A program made the position numbers and the translations under genes. A DNA stretch of 64,000 nt from Pristiophorus japonicus (Eukaryota): contig NC_091995.1 of NCBI RefSeq assembly GCF_044704955.1, positions 4,836,001-4,900,000 of the forward strand. The letters run 5' to 3'. Positions 12,639-26,048 of this stretch are shown here, piece by piece. The notes under the pieces were generated by a model. It was given only the letters and a program-made list of their open reading frames with translations. It did no database searches and was not told where the DNA came from. How positions within the stretch are numbered: the first letter of the stretch is position 1; each line of letters opens with the position of its first letter.

Positions 12639-13186
12639 TTAGTAACCTTTAACCCCGCAGATTGTCAGCGGTGCAGAGTTTTTCCCGCTGTCATTTGATC
12701 CCGGACTGAAGATGGGGAAGATTCTCTCGGTGAAAGTGTGGGTGAAAGTGTGGAATTGGGACATGTATTCCACATTGTAAAATGACACCTGTCCGCCCTC
12801 ATAGTCCAGGTACACCCCGATCTTCCGTGGAATCTCACTTGGGGTGACGCGGGTCCTTGAGGGTGAGGTGAGGGCAAAATATCCATTTTGTGTCAGCCCC
12901 ACAATCCAGTATCCGGTCTCAGGACTAGGGGTGAATCCCCCTTTCCTCCCAGCAGACTCTCGGGTCACTCCCAGACCCCACCGACTCTTGTTCCCCACCT
13001 CCACCTCCCAGTAATGTCTTCCTGAAGTAAATCCCTCCGATTCCAGGACATAGAGCCAGGGATCAAACCTCTCCGGGTTGTCAAGGAGCAACTGCCATTT
13101 GTCTCCAAGTCTGACACGGGTCCGGCCCTGAGTCAGGATGAGCCGAGGATGGGCTGTGTTCGGATCCAGAGTCAGAGAGGCTGGAG
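12639..13186 (-). CDS. TRIM exon 6: PRY-SPRY (B30.2)
   Basis: ccccag|[18 protein letters not shown]...[14 protein letters not shown]...[17 protein letters not shown]...RIFPIFSP...GY*; LDP, WEVE and LDYE motifs present. Confidence 0.95.
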
Positions 13187-14188
13187 CTGGGGGAAAGTTA
13201 AAGTAACACAGTCGGGGATTTAGTTTCTTGCTGTGATTTATTCAAATTCTTTCCTTTTTAAAGTGCCCCTTTGGGTTTTGGGTTGTGATCATGGAATCTG
13301 CTCCCACTCCAGGGGGTAGATTTACATTGTTTTCCCCAGATGCTGCGCTGTAGTAGAAGCAGCGCACAGAGATAAAGAACCGAAAACCACTGAACACAGC
13401 AGGGGAGGGGAGAGCGCGCAGGGGGAGTGGGAGAGCGCGCAGGGGGAGTGGGAGAGCGCGCAGGGGGAGTGGGAGAGAGAGCAGGGGGAGTGGGAGAGAG
13501 AGTGGGGTGGGAGGGGAGAGCAGGGTGAGAGGAGGGATAGAGAGAGCGGGGTGGGAGGGGAGAGAGAGAGAGAGCGCGCGAGCTGGGTGGGAGGAGGGAG
13601 GGGGAGAGAGAGAGAGCGGAAACGGAGTGGGAGGGGAGCGAGAGAGAGAGAGAGAGAGCGAGAGCGAGCAGGGTGGGAGGGGAGAGAGAGAGAGAGAGAG
13701 AGTGGGAGGGGAGAGAGAGACCGAGAGCGAGCGGGGTGGGAGGGGAGAGAGAGAGAGAGAGAACGAGCGGGGTGGGAGGGGAGAGAGAGAGAGCGAGCGG
13801 GGTGGGAGGGGAGAGAGAGAGCGAGCGGGGTGGGAGGGGAGAGAGAGAGCGAGCGGGGTGGGAGGGGAGAGAGAGAGCGAGCGGGGTGGGAGGGGAGAGA
13901 GAGAGCGAGCGAGAGCGAGCGGGGTGGGAGGGGAGAGAGAGAGAGAGAGAGCGAGCGAGAGCGAGCGGGGTGGGAGGGGAGAGAGAGAGAGAGAGCGCGA
14001 GTGGGGTGGGAGGGGAGAGAGAGAGCGAGAGCGAGCGGGGTGGGAGGGGAGAGAGAGACCGAGAGCGAGCGGGGTGGGAGGGGAGAGAGAGAGCGAGTGC
14101 GAGCGGGGTGGGAGGGGAGAGAGAGAGAGAGAGAGAGCGAGGGCGAGCGGGATTGGAGGGGAGAGAGAGAACGAGCGGGGTGGGAGGG

Positions 14189-14221
<33 letters not shown>

Positions 14222-17200
14222 AGCGAGCGGGGTGGGAGGGGAGAGAGAGAGCGAGAGCGAGTGGGGTGGGAGGGGAGAGAGAGAGCGAGAGCGAGCGGGG
14301 TGGGAGGGGAGAGAGAGAGCGAGAGCGAGCGGGGTGGGAGAGGAGAGAGAGAGCGAGAGCGAGCGGGGTGGGAGGGGAGAGAGAGAGTGAGAGCGAGCGG
14401 GGTGGGAGGGGAGAGAGAGACCGAGAGCGAGCGGGGTGGGAGGAGAGAGCGAGAGCGAGCGGGGTGGGAGGAGAGAGCGAGAGCGAGCGGGGTGGGAGAG
14501 GAGAGAGAGAGAGAGCGAGAGCGAGCGGGGTGGGAGGGGAGAGAGAGAGCGAGGGCGAGCGGGGTTGGAGGGGAGAGAGAGAACGAGCGGGGTGGGAGGG
14601 GAGAGAGAGAGAGAGAGAGAGAGCGAGCGGGGTGGGAAGAGAGAGAGAGCGAGAGCGAGCGGGGTGGGAGGGGAGAGAGAGAGCGAGAGCGAGCGGGTGG
14701 GAGGGGAGAGAGAGAGCGAGAGCGAGCGGGGTGGGAGGGGAGAGAGAGAGCGAGAGCGAGCGGGGTGGGAGGGGAGAGAGAGAGCGAGAGCGAGCGGGGT
14801 GGGAGGGGAGAGAGAGAGCGGGGGGGTGGGGGAAGGGGGAGAGAGAGAGAGTGAGGGGGAGGGGGAGAGAGAGGGGAGGGGGAGAGAGAGCGGGGGGGGA
14901 GGAGGCGAGAGAGAGCGGGGTGGGGGGGAAGGGGAGGAGGAGAGAGCACGGGGGAGGGGAAAGACGGTCAGAAAGTGCTCCGCAGACACTGGGAGCAGAA
15001 AGTTAGTTGTGGGTTTTTAGTTGGTTTCTTTTGCCTCTGACGTCCTGTACCACTCTTGAGGAACTCTGCAGCCCCAGTCTCCCGCTATTCTCAGTGCCTG
15101 CAGAGAGCATCAAGGGCCTTAAAAATTAACAAGGAATCAGTGACAGGAACTCTAACGTGGGTTGGAGACACAGTTGGTGAAATTGGTCTCGGGCTGTTTG
15201 AGGTGATAGTGAATTATCAGCTCATATCACGCTCTGCTCAATATTCATTTCGGTGATCTTCAATGGGAATTAATATTGGGCGCAATGTAAAATGGGCGAC
15301 TGATTTACAATCGCCCATGTTGTGTTACTACCCAGACTAATTTTACCGCAATCTCTCTGGAGGCGGGCCCCACGTGGTCGATGTGTGGAGAGGGGGAAAG
15401 TACTGACACCAGAAAAAAAGAGAGAAGGGAAAGAAAAAAGAAAAAAGTTAAGATTAAAAATGAAGAGGGGAACTGAATTAAAAAAACCTCAGCAAAAGAA
15501 ATGGGAAAGAGAAGATTGCTGCAGCAAAAGAAAGAAGAGATACTGCTGAAGAAGGGAGGAAAAGAGCTAACAGCAGGGAAAAGGGGAGAAAGAATAAAGA
15601 TTCCAAGAGGGGAACTAGAACAGTGGGAGCAGGAGAATGAAGAAGTTGAGGAAGAAGCTGCAGCCCACATCATGAGCTGAGCAACAGCCTGACCAGGAAT
15701 ACAAGCAAAACTGCAACAACCGGGAAAGCCCCAAATTCAGGGACCCCATCACCCACAGAGAAGGAATCCATCTTCTCCTGGAACCTACACTAGACATGGT
15801 CCAGGACAGATGATTGACCCTGAAGCAAGCCCAGCGATCCCACATTACATGTGGTGACATTGGGCCAATAGGACATGCATCGCCTTCAGTGTGACAACGC
15901 AGCCTTCAGTTACCTGAGGGAGAGTGTTTGAAGACTAGGACCTCAAATCTGGCACCAAGCTTATGGTCTACAAGGCAGTATTGATACCCGCCCTCAGACA
16001 CGTGTACTATATACAGTAGACATCTCAAAGCGCTGGAGAAGGACCACCAGCGCTGCCTCTGCAAGATCCTGCAAATCCACTGGGAGGATAGACTCACCAA
16101 CATCAGTGTTCTCACTCAGGCTAACATCCCCAGCATCGAAGCACTGACCACACTTGACCAGCTCCGTTGGGCGGGCCACATCATATGCATGCCCGACATG
16201 AGACTCCCTAAGCAAGCGCTCTACTTAGAACTCCTACATGGCAAGTGAGCCCCAGGTTGGCAGAGGAAGCATTTCAAGGACACCCTCAAAGCCTCCTTGA
16301 TAGTGCAACATCCCCACCGGCACCTAGGAATCCCTGGCCCAAGACCGCCCAAAGTGGAGGAAGAGCATCCGGGAGGACTAGCACCTCGAGTCTCGTCACC
16401 GAGAGCATGCAGAAATCAAGCACAGACAGTGGAAGGAGCGTGCGGCAAACCAGACTCCTCACCCACCCTTTCCTTCAGCCACTGTCTGCCCCACCTGTGA
16501 CAGAGACTGTAATTGGACTGTACAGTCACCTGAGAACTCACTTTTAGAGTGGAAGCAAGTCTTCCTCGATGTCGAAGGGCTGCCTATGATGATGATGAAG
16601 ACATGCACCAATTATTCCCTCTCCAGAAATCAGAGCCTCAAACCGACCCTCCTGCATGATTCAGAATTCCAGTCCTACCTCTGGGCTCTGCTCATCTTCT
16701 CTGATGCACCCTGGTAGCAAATGCAGGGCAGAACTATTGCATGAACCAACCTCACCTCTGACCCCACTGATCTAAACCTCGATGGTAGAGTTATCCAACA
16801 CCCAGTATCACCAGTGAAGCCTTGCACACAGTGTGTGGATGATCAGAAAATCTTGCTTCACCTCCCCCCACTAACAGTCAGTCACTTCCCACTATTTTAT
16901 TTTCATCGACATTATATGGAGTGAAAATCAGGGCCTTGAAATGTCCAGATAAGCCACCTACTGTGTGGAAGGCTCTATCAGTGGTGTTGACCCACAGGCA
17001 GTTTTGTGAACTGTTTCCAATCTTTCACTCTCATTCCATTTCACCAAGTATCAGGTCACACCACAAAACACTGCAAAATGACTGTCCTATCCACAACAGC
17101 CCTTCACTCTCTGGAAAAGTACCCAGTCACTCACTGCCATGAACCGAGATGATAACTTCTAACCTGGCAAAATCTGGCCCTAATCCCAATGTTTACTCTC

Positions 17201-20200
17201 CGCCGATTGAAATTCCAACACCATGTACTCAACACCAAGTCATAGGCTCTCTTAGATTTATCACAATCGTGTTAACACAGAAGAAAAGCAATAATACCAC
17301 CAAGTGTTCATCACACAATCTCTTCAACTCTGACCATGTTACTGGCCGGGATCTTGACCTCCAATAAATAGGCTTTGGTGACACAGTCAGGAAATGCATT
17401 CAATCTTGTAGTTGCTCCCGCATCTATATTGTGCACCTGCTATCTCCTTAACTCTTGCCAATTCTCCAGCAATAACTCAGACTAAACTTCGTCTCCACAC
17501 CTTATCAGGATTTATGAGCTGACTTTGGTCATAAAGATAATCAATAGTTAACACAGCAGAGCTGCATCTATAGGCAGTTGGAACAGAGTGAAGAATGGGA
17601 TGCCAGTCAGGTGAACATTGGAATCGTGGCAACTGGAGGTGACAAAAGCAGGGATGAGAGTTTCAGCATTAGATGGGCTAAGGTAGTGCTGAAGACAGGC
17701 AATGTATCAGAGGTTGAAGCAGGCACTCTCTGTCATTGTCACAATCTGGGCTCAGAAGTGCAGCTCGAGACTCAACAGCAAGGTTACAAACTGTCTGGTC
17801 CAGCCTGAGACTCTGGATAAGGAGGGGATGGAGTTGGTGATAATGGTGCAGAGATTGTGACAGGTTCCAACATACATTACAACAGGACTACACTTCAAAG
17901 TAGTCAATTGGCTGTAAAGCGCGTTGGGACACCCTGATGCCATGAAGGATGGCGTAGAAATGCAAGTTTTTTTGGTAGCAATTTCTCTGTGGCCAGGAGG
18001 TACATCAATTATCCTGCCTGTTACTGGTTGCTCCTGGGCCTTCTACCCCCATTGCACTATCCTGCACCCACCCACACCCCCACACCACCTTTAAACAGCA
18101 CCTGCTCACTCGCCTCCCGGGAGGAGTCGTCAGATTTCCTGTCTCCTGCCTCCACCCTCAAGGACCACCGAGCACCTTCTCACGATCCAAACCCGTGGGC
18201 AACTCTCCAGCAATATTGTACTGAAGCCCAACCCTGAGAATGGATGGGCCTCTGACCAATTTCATGGGGCAAGCAGTGGGTTCACTGCCTGCCCGATCAA
18301 TAGGGTCCCTCAAAAACCCAACCTCGCTCAATCTAAACTGCCTTTTTACCCTCCCTTTTCTAAGGTTGAGCCTAGCGCTACTTTGCTGTAGACTCAGATA
18401 CTGTGTTAAACACATGGAGGTTTTTCTTCTCAATACTGTTTGGGGCCTAGAATAATTCAATATCACAACAAGCACTCCCTTATCCAGACTCCTGACTCCT
18501 GACTCCCAGACCAGACACGGACATCAGTTATCATTCAATATAGGGGCTGGGCTCCGGTTTGGACTCTTCTCATGTGGATTTATAAATCATGAAAAAGAAT
18601 GTGAGAGATTTACCGGGGTTTATGACGTACATCATGTCTCTCCACGATATGTATTCTACAGGGCCATTGAACTTTCCAAAATACAGGGCGCCATCTGCTT
18701 CTGATTGTACTTGAATATCGACACTAATCCTGTAAATATTGAACAGTTGATGTTATACATTGGCCATGAACACATTTCGGAGTTATTTTACCAAAGTGTG
18801 CAGAGTTTCAGTAAAGAGCATGTCCTACCTTGCCTTCCAATAAGCTTCCTCCTGAAATAAATAAACCACAAACAGTGAGGAGGACAGGAAAAGACTTCAG
18901 GAGGACACAGACAGGCTGGTGAAATAAGCAGACACAGGGCGGATACAATGTTGTGCCTGGAAGTCTGAAGTGATGCATTTTGGAAGGAAGAATGAGGAGA
19001 GGCATTGTAAACTAAATGGAACAATTTAAATGTGATGCAGGAACAGAGGCCCAGGGAATCACAAACACAAATCTTTAAGATAACTGGCAAAAAAAGAGTG
19101 GAGATTTTTTGATAATGAATTATGATGACCGGGAATGCACTGACTGACAGGGTGGAGGAAGTAAATTCAGTAGTTATTTTCAAAAAGAGAATTGGATATA
19201 AACTTCAAAAAGGCAAAAATAGTTGCAGGGCCATGGGGAAAGAGCAGGGGGCAGGGAGTGGGACTAATTGGATCACTGTTTTAAAGAACCACACAGACAC
19301 AGTGGGCCTTTTGTGCTGTAGGATTCTATGATTGTAAGTAGTTGAAATATCTGATTTGTGTGTCAGATACTGGAACTCAACATCAGTGCCACTGACAGAC
19401 ACGGACTGTCACACCCACCGTACCACACACCCACACACTCACAATATGAAACTGTAACTCGATTGCAAAGTGACTTCTAGGACATAATTGCAAAGTGACT
19501 TAAATGTGCGCAACACGGAAATAATTACTGCAAAATCTCACGATCAGGACAACTCATTCCCGGGAGGTCTCAGGTATTCCCGGGAATGTGCGGACACTGT
19601 GGGAGCCGGTTAATTCGCTGTGCACAGAACCACCCCGAAATAGACAAAACAATCGGTTTAAATCAGTTTCAAAATATTCAGCAAAGGCTGCACTTATTTC
19701 AGTTATCATCGGTTATTTTGTGACTGTGTGAAGTTTCACTGAACTGACCCACCTTCACCTTCAGAAATGTCAGCCCGTCTTTTGCCTCCATCTCTTTCTG
19801 CAACTTTAAGAGCTCTTCCTTAATATAATTTAAATTCTCTTGAATTTTTCGAAGGTTTTTCTCCATTGGTTCTAGAATCTTCCCCTCTTGTTCCCTGAGA
19901 TTTCGGATTAAACGCTGCTCTTTCTCAGTGAGAATCTGGTGCATTTTAGTGAACTCGGATGTGATGCGGGTCTGCAGTCTGCTCGACTGTTCCTATCAAA
20001 TGAAATGTAAAACATAATTAAAGTACCGCGATAGAAATCTTTGGCATTGCTGTAAGTTGGGAACTGCAATTAAATATATGTGATCTTTATTATCTAAGGA
20101 GAACCAGTTCATTAAATTGGCTGTTTGCTGAGTAGCGGTTGGGGTGTTTTGCTAAGGTTTAGAGTTTAGTTCTACTTGATAGTTGTGAGTGTAACTAGAG

Positions 20201-23200
20201 GGATCGCAGGGCAGCTCAGTCCCATGGATTGCACATCCTGTAGCATGTGGGAAATCCTGGATGCTTCGCACAGCCGGGACGACCATGTGTGCAGGAGGTG
20301 TCTCCAGCTACACCAACTCGAGCTCCGTGATTTGGAGCTTGAGCGGCAGCTGGAGTCACTGCGGTGCATCCACGAGACTGAGAGCTACGTGGCTAGCACG
20401 TTTCAGGAGGTGGTCACTCTGCAGCTTAAGAGTGTGCAGGCAGATAGGGATTGGGTGACCACTGGACAAAAGAGGAGGACTAGGCAGGGAGTGCAAAGGT
20501 CCCCTGATTCCATCTCACTCTCCAACCGGTGCTCTGTTCTGAGTACCGGTAAGGGAGATGGTGCCTCTGGGGAGTGCAGCCAGAGCCAAGTCCACAGCAC
20601 CACGGGTGGCTCAGCTGCACGGGGTGGGTGGGGTGGAGTGGGGGGAGGGGGGGAGAAGAAGAAGAATGGAAGAGCTATCGTGGTAGGGGATTCAATAGTC
20701 AGGGGCGTAGACAGGCGTTTCTGCAGCCACAGACGTGATTCTCGGATGGTATGTTGCCTCCCTGGTGCCAGGGTCAAGGATGTCACTGAGCTGCTGCAGG
20801 GCATTCTGTGGGGAGAGGGTGAACAGCCAAAGGTCGTGGTCCACATTGGTACCAGTGACATAGGTAGGACGAGGGATGACGTCTTGCAGGCAGAGTTTAG
20901 GGAGCTAGCAGAGAGATTAAAAAGCAGGACCTCAAAGTTAGTAATCTCTGGATTACTCCCAGTGCCACGAGCTAGTGAATACAGAAGTAGGAGGATAGAA
21001 CAGATGAATACGTGGCTGAAGAGATGGTGCAGGCGGGAGGGCTTTAGTTTCCTGAGGCACTGGGACCGATTCTGGGGGAGATGGGACCTGTACAAGCCCA
21101 ACGTGTTGCACCTCTACAGAGCTGGGACCAATATCCTCGCGGGGGAGTTTGCTGTTAGGGAGGGTTTAAACTAGCTTGGCAGGGGATGGGAACCTGAAAA
21201 TAGATTCAGTAGGGAGAGGAGTAAAGCTGGAATTAGAAAGCAAAAATAAAAGAAGTGAGTTTGAAGGAGAGAGGAAACAAGGAGGAAAAAAGGGTACAAA
21301 AACAAATTTAAAGGCACGTAGCATTTGTAACAAAATAGATGAGTTTATGTCACAAATTGAGACAAATGGGTATGATCTGATACCCATTACAGAGACGTGG
21401 TTGCAAGGTGACCAGGACTGCGAATTAAATATTCAGGAATATTTGACAATCCGGAAGGACAAACAGAAAGGAAAAGGAGGTGGGGTAGTTCTATTGATAA
21501 AGGATGGAATCACTGCAATAGTGAGAAACGATATTGGCTCAAATGATCAGGACGTTGAAACAGTTTGGGAGGAGATAAGGAATAATAAGGGGTGTAGTCT
21601 ATAGGCCCCCTAACAGTAGCAACTCTGTTGGTCGGAGCATAAACCAGGAAATAGTGGGGGCTTGTAAAAGGGGAACAGCAATAATCATGGGTGATTTTAA
21701 CCTCCACATTGTTTGGACAAATCAAATTGGTCAGGGTAGCCATGAGGAAGAGTTCAGAGAATGCATAAGGGACAGGTTCCTTGAGCGGTATGTAACGAAA
21801 CCAACCAGGGGGCAGGCTATCTTAGATCTTGTCCTGTATAATGAGACAGGATTAATAAACAATCTACTAGTAAAGGATCCCCTTGGAATGAGTGATCATA
21901 GCATGATTGAATTTCAAATTCACTTGGAGGGTGAGAAAGTTGGATCTCTAACCAGCGTACTAAGCTTAAATAAAGGAGACTATGAAGGTATGAGGGCAGA
22001 GTTGGCTAAAGTGGACTGGGAAAATAGATTAAAATGTAGGACGGTTGATGAACAGTGGCCTACATTTAAGGAGATATTTCATAACTCTCCAGAAAAATAT
22101 ATTCCAGTGAGGAGGATAGGGTGTAAGAGAAAAGATAGCCATCCATGGCTAATTAAAGAAATAAAGGATGATACCCAATTAAAAACAAGGGCATACAATA
22201 TGGCCCAAACTAGTGGGAGGACAGAAGATTGGGAAGCTTTTAAAAGCCAGCAAAGGATGACTAAACAAATGATTACAAGAGGGAAGATAGAGTATACAAG
22301 TAAACTAGCACAAAATATAAAAACAGATAGCAAGAGCTTCTATAGGTATATAAAAAGAAAAAGAGTGGCTAAAGTAAATGTTGGTCCCTTAGAGAATGAG
22401 ACCAGGGAATTAGTAATGGGGAACATGGAGATGGCAGAAACTCTGAACAAATATTTTGTATCAGTCTTTACGGTAGAGGACACTCACAATATCCCAACAG
22501 TGGATGGTTAAGGGGTTATAGGGGAGGGAGGAACTTAACACAATCACAATCACTAAGGAGGTGGTACTCAGTAAGATAATGGGACTAAAGGCAGATAAAA
22601 CCTGATGGCTTGCATCCGAGGGTCTTAAGAGAAGTAGCGGCAGGGATAGTGGATGCATTAGTTATAGCTTACCAAAATTCCCTGGATTCTGGGGAGGTCC
22701 CAGCAGATTGGAAAACTGCAAATGTAACACCACTATTTAAAAAAGGAGACAGTCAAAAAGCAGGAAACTATAGACCAGTTAGCCTAACATCTGTGGTTGG
22801 GAAAATATTGGAGTCCATTATTAAAGAAGCAGTAGCAGGACATTTGGAAACGCAAAATTCGGTCAGGCAGAGTCAGCTTGGATTTATGAAGGGGATGTCA
22901 TGTTTGACAAATTTACTGGAATTCTTTCAGGATGAAATGAACAGGGTGGATAAAGGGGAACCAGTGAATGTGGTGTATTTGAACTCCCAGAGGGCATTTG
23001 ATAAGGTGCCACATAAAAAGTTACTGCACAAGATAAAAGTTCACAGGATTGGGGGTAATATATTAGCATGGAAAGAGGATTGGCTAACTAACAGAAAACA
23101 GAGAATCAGAATAAATGGTTCATTCTCTGGTTGGCAACCAGTAACTAGTGGTGTGCCACAGGAATAGCTGGGACCCCAACTATTTACAGTCTATATTAAC

Positions 23201-24799
23201 GACTTGGAAGAAGGGACTGAGTGTAACGTAGCCAAGTTTGCTGATGATACAAAGATGGGAGGAAAAGCAATGTGTGAGGAGGACACAAAAAGGACATAGA
23301 CAGGCTAAGTGAGTGGGCAAAAATTTGGCAGATGGAGTATAATGTTGGAAAGTGTGAGGTGATGCACTTTGGCAGAAAAAAATCAAAGAGCAAGTTATTA
23401 TTTAAATGGGGAAAGATTGCAAAGTGCTGCAGAACAGCGGGACCTGGGGGTACTTGTGCATGAAATACAAAAGGTTAGTATGCAGGTACAGCAAGTGATC
23501 AGGAAGGCCAATGGAATCTTGGCCCTTATTGCAAAGGGGATGGAGTATAAAAGCAGGGAAGTTTTGCTACAGTTATACAGGGTATTGGTGAGGCCACATC
23601 TGGAATACGGCGTGCAGTTTTGGTTTCCATATTTACGAAAGGATATACTTGCTTTGGAGGCAGTTCAGAGAAGGTTCACAAGGTTGATTCCGGAGATGAA
23701 GGGGTTGAATATGAGGAAAAGTTGAGTAGGTTGTGCCTCTACTCATTGGAATTCAGAAGAATGAGAGATGATTTTATTGAAACATATACAATTATAAGGG
23801 GGCTTGACAAGGTGGATGCAGAGAGGATGTTTCCATTGATGGGGGAAACTAGAACTTGGTGGCATAGTCTTAGAATAAGGGGCCACCCATGTTAAAACTG
23901 AGATGAGGAGGAATTTCTTCTCTGAGGGTTGTAAATCTGTGGAATTCACTGCCTCAGAGAGCTGTGGAAGCCGGGACATTGAATAAATTTAAAACAGAAA
24001 TAGACAGTTTCTTAAACGATAAGGGGTTATGGGGAACGGGCAGTGAAGTGGACCCGAGTCTATGATCAGATCAGCCATGATCGTATTAAATGGCGGAGCA
24101 GGCTCAAGGGGCCATATGGCCTACTCCTGCTCCTATTTCTTATGTTCTTATGTTCTTAAAACTAACCGAGATCTCAGAAAATCAGCACAACGAGACTTTA
24201 CCCTAACTTCGGAAATCTGCTGTTTCTGTTTTAATTTCATTTTTAGAACTGCTGATTTCTTCTCTGTGAGAGAATCTAATGAAGATTTCAGCTGATCCTG
24301 AGATTGGGAGAGAAAAGCACAAAATAAAAAATATTAGACCATGAAAATATGATAAAATAATCAGGTGATCAAATCTGTTCCCTTTTACCTTGTAAATTTC
24401 AACAGCTTCTTTAATGGGCATGAAGCGATGCTCTCTGTGTTCCCGCGCATCTCCACAAGTGTCACAGATCAACTTCTTGTCAGTTTCACAAAACAGCTTC
24501 AGTTCTTCCTGATGTTTCTCACAGTGAAGATTACATTCCTTCTCTTTCAGATTGAGGTTTAATTTTTGAGCTTTCTGGTCAAGACTTGCTGAGGCCCAAC
24601 CGTCTCTGAGGTTTATTTCCAGAAACTCTTCTCTACATTCCGAGCAGGAGTTTGTCTCCTTTTCCCAACACTGAGTGATACAGGGGCGGCAGAATTTGTG
24701 CCCACACTCCAGTGAAACTGGATCGGTGAAGAAATCCAGACAGATGGAACAAATTGCCTCCTGGGGCCAACTCTTCTCGGTCTGCTCTCTGACAGCCAT
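12639..24799 (-). CDS. TRIM E3 ligase gene (RING-Bbox2-coiled coil-PRY/SPRY; TRIM39/TRIM27/A33-like), 6 coding exons, about 475 aa, apparently intact
   Basis: Exons 24389-24799, 24202-24297, 19759-19992, 18829-18851, 18614-18729 and 12639-13186 all have GT-AG ends. Lengths 411+96+234+23+116+548 = 1428 nt give one open frame. The 96/234/23/116 pattern is typical of class IV TRIM genes. Confidence 0.93.
13400..14960. repeat. About 1.55-kb purine-rich minisatellite (GAGCGAGCGGGGTGGGAGGG(GA)n) in TRIM intron 5
   Basis: Directly visible; dozens of units with variable GA tract length. Confidence 0.97.
15890..16598 (+). mobile_element. RTE LINE 3' fragment in TRIM intron 5
   Basis: Same family as 10766-11243; tail ctatgatgatgatga. 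Confidence 0.82.
18614..18729 (-). CDS. TRIM exon 5 (116 bp linker)
   Basis: ttacag|..[38 protein letters not shown]|gtaaat, phase 2-1. Confidence 0.88.
18829..18851 (-). CDS. TRIM exon 4 (23 bp micro-exon)
   Basis: tttcag|gaggaagcttattggaaggcaag|gtagga (EEAYWKA-R), phase 0-2. Confidence 0.85.
19759..19992 (-). CDS. TRIM exon 3 (234 bp, coiled coil)
   Basis: tgatag|[36 protein letters not shown]...DGLTFLK|gtgaag. Confidence 0.93.
20060..24158 (+). mobile_element. Near full-length degenerate CR1 LINE (second subfamily), antisense in TRIM intron 2
   Basis: ORF1 20176-21174 with Zn finger and esterase motifs; fragmented EN-RT ORF2; tail (ttcttatg)n. Confidence 0.93.
24202..24297 (-). CDS. TRIM exon 2 (96 bp, coiled coil)
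   Basis: tctcag|[32 protein letters not shown]|gtaaag, phase 0-0. Confidence 0.92.
24389..24799 (-). CDS. TRIM exon 1: RING (C3HC4) and B-box2
   Basis: MAVREQ...[24 protein letters not shown]...CSEC, then [23 protein letters not shown]...HREH; donor AAG|gtaaaa at 24388. Confidence 0.95.
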
Positions 24800-26048
24800 T
24801 GTTCAATCTCAGCACATCCTGATTCTACCTGCTGATGTCATCTTTTTGTGGGCGGAGCCACCCCGGTTCACAGTCACAGATCACTCGCATCTCTCAAAGT
24901 GCTGTTCTGGATGAAATAGTAAAAGAAAGAAAGACTTACAATTATGGAGTGCCTTTATTGACCATCGGAATTTTTTAAGTGCTTTACAGCCATTGAAGGG
25001 TGATCACTATTGTAATATATTGTAAACGCGACAGCTAACTTGCGCACAGCAAACTTCGACAAACAGCAATGTGATAATGACCAGATAATCTGTTTTTGCT
25101 ATGTTGATTGAGGGATAAATATTCGCCAGGACACCGGGGATAACGAGAAGATGGACAACAAGGGAGTTTGGCATTGCTAAATGCTGTATACTTCAATGCA
25201 AGGAGTATAGGGAATAAGGCAGATGAGCTGAGAGCACTGATACAAACTTAGGCATATGATAGTATAGCTATTACTGAGACATGGCTGAAAGAGGGGCAGG
25301 TATGGAAGCTCAATTGAATTGCAAAACAAAAAAAGGCCGATCATACTGCTGAGAGTGTACGATAGGCCTCAAAAACAGTCAGAGGGACATAGAAGAGAAA
25401 ATGTCAGCACATTTCTGAGAAGTGGAAAAACTATAGGGCAGTAGTAGTAGAGGCTTTCAACTACCGTAATATTAACTGGGATAAAATTAGTGTGAAAGGT
25501 ATAGAGGGTACAGAATTTCTAAAATGCATGCAGGAGAACTTTTTTAGCCAGTACGTAGCAAGCCCAACATGGGAGAGGGTGGTTCTGGAGTTAATTTTAG
25601 AGACTGAAGCTGGGCATGTAGAAGGTGGAAGGCATTCAAGGAGGAGACCTGGAGGGTTCAGAGCAAGTATGTTCCCTTAAATAAAAGGGGTGGGACTAAC
25701 AAATCCAGAGCCCCCCCATGATGTCAAGGGTAGGATAAAGAAAAAAAGGGAGGCTTATGACAGATAACAAGGGCTTAATTCTGCAGAAACTCCAGAGGAG
25801 TATAGAAAGTGCAGGGATGCAATTAAAAGTAAAATTAGGAAAGCAAATAGAGAGCATGTGGAAAATACTGCAGCCACTATAGGGGCAAGACATGTCGCAT
25901 ATATGGGACAACCAGTCACAACGGAACCAGACGCGATAATCACATTATCAAAAGCAAACAAATGGAAAGTCAAAGGCCGCCAACCTTCATCGAATCATAG
26001 GGTGCATAATCAGGTCAAAGAAAACGTCAGATGCCTGGTGACTACCAC

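Noticed and set aside
13258-15020. Long ORFs (up to 563 aa) rich in SLSPP or ERERG
   Set aside because: These are stop-free translations of a purine minisatellite and are open in several frames on both strands.
15375-15880. Lys/Glu-rich purine stretch as a coding exon
   Set aside because: It has stops or frameshifts, no recognisable domain and no convincing splice pair; probably a decayed repeat.
20176-21174. SGNH esterase ORF as a novel or captured host gene (also 41421-41921)
   Set aside because: This is the known esterase-containing ORF1 of CR1/L2-group LINEs, directly upstream of the EN-RT ORF2.
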